Shown in pieces: positions 14,001 through 24,500 of a DNA stretch of 64,000 bases. Made by a program: the position numbers and the translations under genes. The DNA comes from Bugula neritina (lineage: Eukaryota > Animalia > Bryozoa), in contig OZ037773.1 of NCBI GenBank assembly GCA_964035545.1, positions 8,213,751-8,277,750 on the forward strand, written 5' to 3'. Position 1 is the first letter of the stretch. Each line of letters starts with the position of its first letter. The notes under the pieces are model-generated. The model was not told the DNA's origin. It was given only the letters and a program-made list of their open reading frames with translations, and did no database searches.

Positions 14001-17000
14001 CATTTTCCAGAGTACAGCACTGATGATTCAGGTATTTGCTACTAATCGTTATTTAGTGAGACAACTCCAAGTGGCCATATGTACAAGGTTAAAACATTAG
14101 TATCAGTGCACCTATACCAGTCAAGTGTTTATACGATAGCTTGTTTATACAAGTGTATACTGTATACTTGCCTGTCTATTAACTTGTACATGTGTATTTA
14201 TTTGGAGTTATCTCACCTGATAACTAGCGATACTCCGCTTATTCTAGCTAATTATTCTCCCGCACACTCTTTAAACCTTAAATACCCTCTCGCATCCCCC
14301 AAACCCCTTCCACACTCACCATACCCTCTCACATTCCCCTTCCCTCTATGCCCCCCACACTCACTATACCCTCTTGCATCCTCCCTCTCACTGTCACTGT
14401 TTCCTCGTAGACCCTACCCACTATGCGCTTTCACCCCTCGAATTATCTTCTCTCCAATTCATACCGTTCTTCAAAAGCTACTTTCACTTTCTACATTTAC
14501 ACTGTCCTTACAGTTATACATCTTCATTCTAATCAGCTTAACCACACTTTTACTCTAGAATCTAAACACTTCCACACAGCTTCACTAGCGTATGGGTCAT
14601 AACTCTTAACGCCCTTCCATACTCTCGCCTATCCCTTATAAGCACACACTAATTGCTTTGGTTAGTACATTTTAGTAAGAAGGTGCATTTACTTAGATGA
14701 GATTTGGTGTTATAGTAGAAGTAGATGCATTAATAGCATCGGTGTTGTATATTTTATAGCATGTTCTTGCTTTTATCAATCAATATATTTACATGCATTC
14801 TGTAGATGTGATTCATTTTTCAGTAGAGAAAAATTGTAGAGTTTATTGTTAGCATATTTTTTTGCTCTGCGACATCCATGGCCCCGGATGACACTTGTAA
14901 CAAGTGTCATAATTTTGATACTTGTGACAGATGTCATGATTTTGACACTTGTGACAGATGTCACAATTTTACCACTTGTGGCAGATGTCATTATTTTGAC
15001 ACTGGTGGGAGATGTCATAATTTTGACACTTTTGGCAGGTTAAATTCAATTGGGCTGTAAAAGTGGATTTAAGCTTGCAGCAATGATATCTTTGCCACTA
15101 GAGTTAGCTAGCTATTTTTTATTCAGTTGTTAGAACTTTGATACTTGGAGGCTATCTCGTCAGACTATTTACTAGTTACAGCCTATCATAATTTTTTAAG
15201 TGTTGTCTTCTCTTTTTACTGGCTTATAATGGCAATCATTTGGTATTCGTTTTTCTGCCTTTCAGCCTAGAGTTTCTGTTGAATTGTTCAATGAGTTTAT
15301 AAAAGTTTACAACCCTTAAATATGGGTATCAGGTAGACACACCCTTCCCTTCTGCATGCTGCTTAAAGTTTAGAACCTAAGGCTTAGCTTGCGCTTCACC
15401 AAGTTAAATAAAAACATATATGACTTAAAGTGCAGGTAAATTACTGTGTATCGTACGTAGCATACTGGTATATTGCTGTGTAGTGCATATCCAAGTATAA
15501 ACTTTATTCAAACAGGTCTAGCAGTGGATCAAAATGCTTTACCCAGAGATCCTAACAACATGAAAGAAGATGAGAGAATCGCAGAAATGGGTAAACCCCG
15601 TCTCGGTGATCATGACAAAATTAGAATAAATATCAAAGAAAGTGCAGAATTCAAGGTAATCGTTTATTTCCTGTTTCTTCCACATTTTATTATTTGATAT
15701 CCTGTGTTACACACATACTTTGTTAGAATGTAACTTTATTTCATTTTCTGATTAATATAAATTACACTATAAATACTGCACTTTTTATATTACAGAATAC
15801 AGTAAACTATACTAAATATTGCACTGTTTATATTACAAAATACAGTAGACAATACTAAATGCTGCACTGTTTATATTACAGAATACAGTATACTATACTA
15901 AATATTGCACTGTTTATATTACAGAATACAGTGGACAAGCTACTCGGACAAAACAACACAGGGTTTGTGGTGGGCACTTCTTCATGGGCCGAACAGTTCA
16001 AAGAGGCACTGACAGTTTCTGCAGGTGGGTGTTAATATATCATTTTACATTACAGTACGCTACATTTATTTTACAATACATTATATTGCCCACGTGCTAT
16101 CATATAATATAGTATTTATATAATAATTATGTGTAATATTATACACATAACATATTATGTGAATGCACTTGTACTAATTATTATAAGTTGTACACAATAA
16201 TAAACTACTCAATATTCATATGTGTCTTATACATGTATGCATGTATTACAGATATACATGTCTTAAACACGTACATTTATTAATGTATTACACCTTAAGC
16301 ATGTTTATACTACTCAAGCAGTATTAAGTATCTGTTTAAAGGCGTTCAATTTCCTGACGCTAATAGTTTTAGCCAAGGAAAAGCCTCGTTTTAACTTGAA
16401 ATTGTCATTTGTTTGTTTGCTGAAGAAAAGAATAAAAGGGCAGGTAACTCTATACCTTGATTCACGGCACATTAAGTTGTTTTGTTTTATATTCATACTA
16501 ACGTGAGACTGAGTTAGTGTTAATACAAGCTACAGATGCTAATGTCTTTAAATAGCCTTATCTTCTAGCAGCAAAGTCAATCAAAAGATTGGTTTTCATA
16601 TTAATGCCTCAACTCAATTTGCTAAAAACGCATATAAGGCTATTGAAAGATAAGTTGAGCCTCAATTCTGAGATCAGCGAAGGCTGTAGCAGCTAGCTAG
16701 TTTAATGGCCGTGATTTTACGTAAGTTGATGTTGTGTGGTAGCGTAGGCAGGGGAGTTTGTGGGGGGGCATAGGCAGAGGTGTAGCTTGCTAGAGTAGAC
16801 AGCTTCACACAATTTACGTACTGCTAGAGGTTCTATTATAGCGTAGCTTTACAATTTCTAGATTTTATTTTGTTACTTTTGAGTAACTGCAGTACCTATA
16901 TAGCTTCCAGATTGCTGTTGTTCAGGGAACTATCTTTGCCTCGTATTTTATTTTAACTTGATATAGAATCTTTTATTCAGTTTTTTTATGTTTTGTCTTT

Positions 17001-19713
17001 AAAACCAAGATGTAGTTATATATATTCATGGAAACATAAATTATGATTTAGAGATGTAGATATGAAGGGCGCCAGTAAATTATAGATAAATATTTTTTTA
17101 TATTTCTGCCATATATATGTGTGCGTGAGTTAGCGAGTGTGTGGCCTGTGTAGAGTTGCACCATAACAAACTCTCATAGCACACTAAAGCAGCGTATAAT
17201 GCTGCCAGCTGTATGATTTACAGGAGATGACGAGGACGATGAAAGTGAAGATGATGAAAGTGAGAAAGAAGAGAAGCTGCCATCTTGCGGTGACTACGTA
17301 ATGCACTACATCTCTTTGTTCTGGAAGCTTCTGTTTGCCACAGTCCCTCCTACTGGTGAGTATTACATCACTAGTGACTATATTACATAACTAGTGACTA
17401 TATTACATAACTAGTGACTATATTATACTACTAGTGGCTATATTACATCACTATCACTAGCAGTCTGCACTTTTCTTATAGTCGTTTCCATTGGCCCATT
17501 TAATTTTGTACTGTCAGCTTTTTGTTATACATTTCACAGTGATCGAAACTGTCTTCTACTGAGTGTGGTAAAAGCTCTGTTGTTTCAATGATAGCTTGCT
17601 AGTCTAAGAAAGCCAAAGTTTGAAGAAAAAGCTTTAAATTAAAGCTATTACAGTATGTAGTGAACAATTTGGAACTATTACAACAGTGAGCAGTTGTATG
17701 GTCTAAGGGTTATAAGAGCGTTTGCTCAGTAAATATGAATCCATGGGTTCGAACCCCAGTTAAGGACATTGGTGATGTTAGAAAAAGCGTCCATTCATAG
17801 TTGCTCCCGTACCTCATCTGAATAAGTTCTTAACCCGATTTAACAAAAAACCCTTTTCATCAGGGGTTTCTCACAGGGATGGTGACTATACACTTACGGG
17901 AGTTTTTTTGGAACTGTTACAACATGTGATTGCATATCCTCACTCCTTTTAGATCTGGTAGGTGGCTGGGCTTGCTTTGTTGTTTCCATATTATGGATAG
18001 GAATGTTGACTGCGGTTATTGGAGATACGGCAAGTGCATTTGGTTGCACAGTCGGCTTATTGGACAGTGTCACAGCTATATCGTTTGTAGCCTTAGGAAC
18101 CAGTGTACCAGGTAGGGGTTATACACCACACCTCATACTCACTCTGTGGTGACACAGCTATGTCGTTTCTAGCCTTACGAACTAGTATACCAGGTAGGAG
18201 TTATATACCACACCTCATACTCTCACTGCAGACTAAATATATCAATATACTTTAGTGTCAGCTAGTCAAGACACCTCACCTCTAAGTTCAAGAGTTGATG
18301 TTTACTCAAATGTTATTGAAAAATTTTTCAAAGCTGAAATACACACAAACTTGATATATCCTCATCAACTAGTAAAAATTTACCAAACACAGCATGATTA
18401 TCTGTGACTGTACACATGTATGACAGCATGTCACCATCATGTTCTTATAGCTACTCACTTATGTTTCAGACACATTTGCTAGCAAAGTGGCAGCAGTAGG
18501 AGACCAGTATGCTGACAGCAGTGTGGGTAATGTTACCGGCAGCAACGCTGTTAATGTCTTCCTCGGTGAGTGTGTATTATATGATATATGATGCGATTTT
18601 ATATGATATAGGATGTGATTTTATATGATATATGATATAGGATGTGATATACATGGTATACATATATGATATGAAATATTATAATATATGGTGAGTTGGT
18701 ATGTGATATGACATAGTATAATATAATACACATAATGATAATATATATGATATACTATAACAATATACATTATATGATATGGTGTACTATGGTAATATAT
18801 ACTATATGCTATACTATAATGATATATATATATATGATAATATACCATAAAAATACATTTGGTAATTGATATGATATGCTATAATAATATATATAATATG
18901 ATATATACTTTAATAATATATGATATACTCTAATAATACACATGGTATAACGATATACTATTATAATACACATGGTATAACGATATACTATTATAATACA
19001 CATGGTATAACGATATATTATTATATTGTCCTGTTTCCAGGTATTGGTATTGCTTGGACTATGGCAGCTATAGTAAACAAAGTGAGAGGAGAAAAGTTTG
19101 AAGTCGAGCCTGGCTCCCTGGGTTTTAGCGTAACCCTGTTTGTAGTGTTTGCCATCGTAGCTATAATCCTAATACTTATTCGCAGATCAAAGGCTATAGG
19201 TGAGCAACACAACGGCTATCATTTATTATTCAAAATATTTGGTTGTATTTCACTGAAGTTGTCTTTCTAAGGAGCAGAGCTCTTGCACTGATACAGCAGT
19301 TGCACCAAGTACATTCATGTGTTTGAACTTATATAATTTGATTTAATAAAATATATGTTGATTCTAAAGAAACTCTTTTACACATTTCCGTCGAAGTTTA
19401 CTTTGTGCATGAACATCTGTTAAGGCATTGGGTTGCGCAGCAAGTTATCCAATTGCAGCCAATTCAGTCGTAACCAAAAAAACTTTGCCCAGCTAAAAAA
19501 TGTTGCTATTCTCATAATATTCCATGTATCACATTGATAAATTCACATTTCACATTGGTATTGATATATTACATGTGTTTTACATATAAAGGTGGTGAAT
19601 TGGGTGGTCCAATGAAGTACAAGCTTCCTTCCTCTATACTCATGGCTAGCCTGTGGATCTGCTACGTCCTCATCAGCGCTATGGAAGCGTACGGCATCAT
19701 CGAGGGGTTCTAG
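2689..19713 (+). CDS. NCX: Na+/Ca2+ exchanger (SLC8/NCX family), ~902 aa, 17 core coding exons
   Basis: Exons 2689-3127, 4726-4946, 6213-6389, 7387-7518, 7812-7929, 11055-11249, 11490-11618, 11887-12000, 12277-12451, 13010-13110, 15516-15655, 15925-16024, 17224-17355, 17953-18111, 18470-18565, 19041-19199, 19592-19713 all have GT-AG junctions, are phase-consistent and total 2709 nt. The protein has a signal peptide, the alpha-1 repeat ([18 protein letters not shown]), an XIP-like segment ([13 protein letters not shown]), [12 protein letters not shown], Calx-beta CBD1 ([15 protein letters not shown]), CBD2 (DDEEYEKN), the alpha-2 repeat ([20 protein letters not shown]) and a C-terminal GGELGGP. 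Confidence 0.97.
4468..4633. mobile_element. MITE-like element with imperfect terminal inverted repeats
   Basis: Left AGGAGGTGCAGTAATGGAGAAATTGAGA versus right TCTCAATTTCTCTGCTACTGCTCCT (reverse complement AGGAGCAGTAGCAGAGAAATTGAGA). A similar end (CTTTCTCCACTACTGCTCCT) occurs at ~45011-45030. Confidence 0.45.
5017..5084 (+). repeat. (TTTA)n microsatellite
   Basis: Direct reading. Confidence 0.9.
8290..8301 (+). CDS. candidate 12-nt NCX micro-exon (ELIP)
   Basis: ttttacag|AGCTGATTCCAG|gtaaag; phase 1-1 and frame-preserving between exons 7812-7929 and 11055-11249. Confidence 0.5.
8797..8965 (+). repeat. 7-bp microsatellite (GTTRCTA)n
   Basis: Direct reading. Confidence 0.85.
9285..9299 (+). 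CDS. candidate 15-nt NCX micro-exon (GSVYD)
   Basis: ttctgctgtttag|GCTCAGTGTATGACC|gtgagt; phase 1-1, frame-preserving, strong donor. Confidence 0.5.
9838..9960 (+). repeat. 36-bp tandem repeat x3
   Basis: TAGCTATCAAAATGATAATATTGAGTGAGTGTTTA. Confidence 0.85.
11257..11440 (+). repeat. 23-bp minisatellite filling an NCX intron
   Basis: ACTGTGTATACTATGTAGTAGT(A/C) x ~8. Confidence 0.9.
12447..12925 (+). repeat. two donor-derived repeat arrays (~18-bp units at 12447-12615; 36-bp units at 12790-12925)
   Basis: Many copies of CATGA|GTAAGT, the true donor at 12451. Confidence 0.85.
14011..14031 (+). CDS. candidate 21-nt NCX micro-exon (EYSTDDS) in the CBD2 FG-loop region
   Basis: cattttccag|AGTACAGCACTGATGATTCAG|gtattt; phase 1-1; lies where vertebrate NCX1 has small cassette exons. 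Confidence 0.6.
14885..15040 (+). repeat. 27-bp minisatellite
   Basis: TTTGACACTTGTGACAGATGTCATAAT-like x ~6. Confidence 0.85.
15762..15932 (+). repeat. 43-bp x4 tandem repeat that copies an NCX splice acceptor and exon start
   Basis: Unit ...TGCACTGTTTATATTACAG|AATACAGT...; the last copy is the functional acceptor (15925). Confidence 0.9.
17360..17455 (+). repeat. 20-bp tandem repeat starting at an NCX donor
   Basis: CTAGTGACTATATTACATAA x ~4-5, resembling CTG|GTGAGTATTACATCA. Confidence 0.75.
17688..17910 (+). mobile_element. tRNA-derived SINE-like element (copy 1)
   Basis: A-box-like TGGTCTAAGGG and B-box GGTTCGAACCCC; the body CATTGGTGATGTTAG..CATCCA..TTGCTCCCGT..GATTTAACAAAAA..TTCTCACA..ACTATA is shared with other copies. 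Confidence 0.7.
18067..18222 (+). repeat. 82-bp tandem duplication of the NCX alpha-2 exon end plus donor
   Basis: CACAGCTATATCGTTTGTAGCCTTAGGAACCAGTGTACCAG|GTAGG...CACCTCATACTC is repeated 82 nt downstream with a few substitutions. Confidence 0.9.
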
Positions 19714-21504
19714 AGGTGGCCCGCACCAAATACATGGCAGTTGTCTCCCCTTCACTCAACTGATGCTGGCCAGAAAGATGATGCAGATGAAAGATATGCA
19801 TGAACGCTTGAGTTAGCCCTAGCTCCAGACTCGTGAAATAAATGACAGCGGGCTAGTCTGGGCACCCTTTAGATGTGACACCCTCCCTGCATACATATGC
19901 ATCACTGTATTACTGTGTTTATATTGTTCTATTTTATGCAATGCCCCAGTCAATGTCCATTCAGCTGATCACGCCAACGTCTAATCTCTTCAAATGAGTA
20001 TTTTTAGTTCAGATACTGAGTTTAGAGTTGCCAGCTCTGGTGATTTAGAAACCCTTTAGAATGGAGTGGAAATCTCTTCAATCTATCGTCATAATACTGT
20101 GCAATTTAAAGCACTGGATGATTATATTATGATCATTATCGATATATTATATACATATTAGTTTGTTGAAGAAATAATGCAACAATATCAATATTTGATT
20201 ACACAAATTTTATCGTTTGATGGAATATCCATTCTTATGCATTAATTTTTACCATTAGCTTACACCGTATTAGGTTTTTGTTGATAAAATGCTACATTAT
20301 GTTACCTGCATTGAAATGTACAGCTATAGGAGTACTTCAGCCCATATTTAACGTTGAGTGTCTTGAGACTAAACAATCAAGGAATGATAACTTCTCGGTT
20401 TAACCAAAGTTCCCTTTTATTAATATTTATTCTTATATAATTTTTAAAGATATTTAGCAAAAGATATTTGATATTTTCCCATGAAGTTGTTAGGTATGTA
20501 AATGCTATACTTACTAAATTAATGTATTTTAGTTCCCTGCTTTTTATAATGAAAAAAGAAATTAGCCTATCCCAACTCTCTCCAGTTCTGCATGGTAACA
20601 GAGTTATGAATATGTAGACTTAGTAATCTCCGTAGAATGGCTCATGAATAAAGTGGTATGCAGACCAATATGTTACCATACAAGTCTTATTCTACTTAGA
20701 CAATTAACTGAATAATATCAAAGCATTAAACACAACTACTAGCCTTCTCAGTTGAAGACATCAGTCAATACAGACTTACTTTATATTTTTGGAGGCAATA
20801 ATTACTAACGTTGCCATGGCAACTAGTAACATTGCCATGGCAACTAGTAACATTGCATTTAGGGAATCAAAAGCTAGTAAACTTCACTTATATAACAGAT
20901 GGTATAGCTAGTAATCTGGAAGGCAGTAAAAAGTCAAACACAAGCTCAAAGCCATCTAGCAAACTTTCAGTATTGTCAACATCAGGTTTATTAAACAGTT
21001 TAATAATTAAGTAGGCTGTTCAACTTTGGATTAGAAGGAAATATAAAAATATGTTATCACAAGAGTTTATAAGTAATCAACAAGAAAACGATACATAATC
21101 CATGCAGTATTGTTAGCTTACAAACTATAGAAAATATTACATATACTTGTCATACAAGGAAAGATAGAATCTGTGTTAGTGTAGAGGTCAAAGGTAAACA
21201 TTATAGAAAGTGGACATGTTTAGCTTATGTTACTCTGCAAAACATCAACTGTTAGCAAAGCACTCACTTTATCTTCTTGATAAATAACTCAGTTTAATTG
21301 CAAAGAAAACTTTCGTTGCTGTGACTTGTGATGCCACAATTGTTAAATCATCAGACAAGTGCTAAGTTGGTTTTTAAGCGTAGTGTTCATACCTCGATTA
21401 TCAATAAAATCATACATTGCATTAACTGCAGTCTTCATTTAGAGGAGATAACTCCAACAGAGCACACAGCATAGAACAGACAACTCCTGTAGAAACGACC
21501 AAGC

Positions 21505-24500
21505 TTATGGCAAGACTTTCCCAGGATTCATCAGGCCGTGTGGATCAAGCAAGTGTTTGATTTGCTTCATGAGTGAGACGGAGTCAGGCCCAGCTTCTCG
21601 GACTAGATATTTCTTCTTACCGAACCCCGTCCCATGTTCCCCGGTGCAAGTGCCGTTCAACTCCAAGGCTCGTCTGCAAACCATCCAATCATAAACGTGA
21701 TAACAGAACTGAGTTTTAGACTTGGTTCTGTCTAATTGACTCTCACAATAATGACAATATGACAACTATGAAAGAGGCACATTGTCTCTTCTCATTGAAA
21801 TATTTTCAATGATCAGAAGGCAAAGCATGGTCAGCTACATGTGAAATAGTATCATAATGGCCGGGTTACATACTCTACTCATACATAGAAATATTCCCAG
21901 CACAATAGCCGGCCCACATAACCTACACAGGAAACATGGCCGGACCGCATAGAAAACACCCCAAGAATATTGGCCGGGCCACACACTCTATATTATGTTA
22001 CTGAAACAAACTTTCATAAACTTCAAAACTTTAGTTAAGACAAATCATTCCTCGCTTAGACTTAATATAATTTTTCTCTGGTGACTAGGAATTGCAGCTC
22101 ATAAAGATATGCCATGTTTTCAGATGAATCTGTACAATAGCTAAGAACAGTATCTGTACATACAACATAAATCTTACTCAACGATTCTCTCCGACAGCTT
22201 GCCCACTAATTGCGTTTCTGATTCACTTCCCGTATCGTATAGAAATGTAACATGATAGTTACCATCTCCAACATGGCCGAGAATGTAACCTACAAGTTAG
22301 AACACGTAAAGTGAGTTACCTGACAAAGGTACATCTATCAAACTGAAACATAATCTCGTAACACAATTTGGTAGAAAATGTGTGTAAGTAGTAACGGAAT
22401 ATGAAATGAGGAAGGAATTCATTACAGGACACATTTCATAGCCCACTGTTGGGAGAAAAATGAATGAAATAATAAATTACTAGCCATATTATACTTGTCT
22501 ATGCTACGATGGTAAGATAACTGACTCAATAATTTGGTTATTCTGTTGCTGCCCTAAATCTATACCATCTATAAATCCTATACAATATATACAATATATA
22601 GAGTATACAGTGTATACAATCTATACAATATACAGAGTATACAATGTATACAATCTATACAATATACAGAGTATACAATGTATACAATATATACAATATA
22701 CAGAGTATACAATGTATACAATCTATACAATATATAGAGTATACAATGTATACAATCTATACAATATACAGAGTATACAATGTATACAATCTATACAATA
22801 TATAGAGTATACAATGTATACAATCTTATAGAGCATAAACTCATGTTAAGGTTGTCTTAGCTGCCACCAATAAAGGGCAGCACACAACTGAGCTGAAATA
22901 TGTACTCTGCACGAAGTGGGACGTGAAAAGGAAACAGTTTTGACCTTGAACTAAGAAATCTCACCTCTGTCCAAACACTGTTGAATCACATGACCAAATG
23001 CTCAGGTCTACAATAGGTTACTAAGAAACTCACCTGGTAGCTTGTGCTCCTTCAAATCCTTCTCCGTATCTGTTACGGCTTTGGTTAGTTGAGAGATGGG
23101 CACACAGACGTCAGTTGATAACTGGGTAATCTGTGTAATATATATTGTAACGTGACTGTCATATGTATTAGAATGTATGGAGTATAGTGTAATAAAGCAA
23201 CTGTCATTCAAGATGACAGTCTTATAACTGTAGTGACGTCATTTCAATTACCTGGGGACCTGGGCGAGTGGCTAGAATAGCATAGAGGGTGTCGTGTCTA
23301 GCCTTCCACAACCTGTTCCTTTCACTGAGACTAGAAGCCCATTGAAACCCTGAGGCTCCGGCATCAGCAAAAATATCACCTACACAAAACGCACAGTACC
23401 CCATTACTGCACTTTATTATTGGTTAGAGCGCTTGCTTAGTAAACATGAGGTCATGGGTACGAACGCCGACAAAGGCCATTGGTGATGTTAGGAAGATCA
23501 TCCAGTCATAATTGCTCCCGTGCTTCATCTGACTAAGTCCTTAGCCTGATTTAACAAAAACCTGTTCCATCACAAGTTCTCACAACTATAAACTGAGGTG
23601 AGTTTATTTATAAATAGAATTACAAACCAGAATAATTAACAATACTGCTAGTTACTTACAGAGTTACAACCCAGACTTACCAACAATACTAGCATCCTCT
23701 TCAGTTTGTTTCTCACTCCCATGAAATTCTATAAATATTGAGGGCTTTTCTTCATAAGAGAGTTTAGAGTAAGAATTTACAGCTCTAATCGTGTCGGCAC
23801 TCAAGAGCTCTACAAAATATCCTCTCGACATTATATGACAATAGTAATAGCCTCGCTACTGCTACGCCACACGTACCTATCCTCGCTACTGCTACACCAC
23901 ACGTACCTACCCTCGCTACTGCTACACCACACTTACCTATCCTTGCTACTGCTACACCACACTTACCTATCCTTGCTACTGCTACACCACACTTACCTAT
24001 CCTCGCTACTGCTACACCACACTTACCTATCCTCGCTACTGCTACGCCATACATACCTATCCTTGCTACTGCTACACCACACTTACCTATCCTCGCTACT
24101 GCTACACCACACGTACCTATCCTTGCTACTGCTACACCACACTTACCTATCCTTGCTACTGCTACACCACACTTACTTATCCTTGCTACTGCTACACCAC
24201 ACTTACCTATCCTCGCTACTGCTACACCACACTTACCTATCCTCGCTACTGCTACGCCATACATACCTATCCTTGCTACTGCTACACCACACTTACCTAT
24301 CCTCGCTACTGCTACACCACACGTACCTATCCTTGCTACTGCTACACCACACTTACCTATCCTTGCTACTGCTACACCACACTTACTTATCCTTGCTACT
24401 GCTACACCACACTTACCTATCCTTGCTACTGCTACACCACACTGTAGAACTTGCAGGACAGCTGTCACGGCACTCTCAACTTCATCAAACTGACACACGG

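Noticed and set aside
14776-15060. Cys/His-rich ORF with CxxCH-like motifs (CDRCH) resembling a multiheme cytochrome
   Set aside because: It is the translation of a 27-bp intronic minisatellite that is open in several frames, with no splice or signal context.
17688-17762. tRNA-like sequence with GGTTCGAACC
   Set aside because: No intact cloverleaf; it continues into a shared SINE body.
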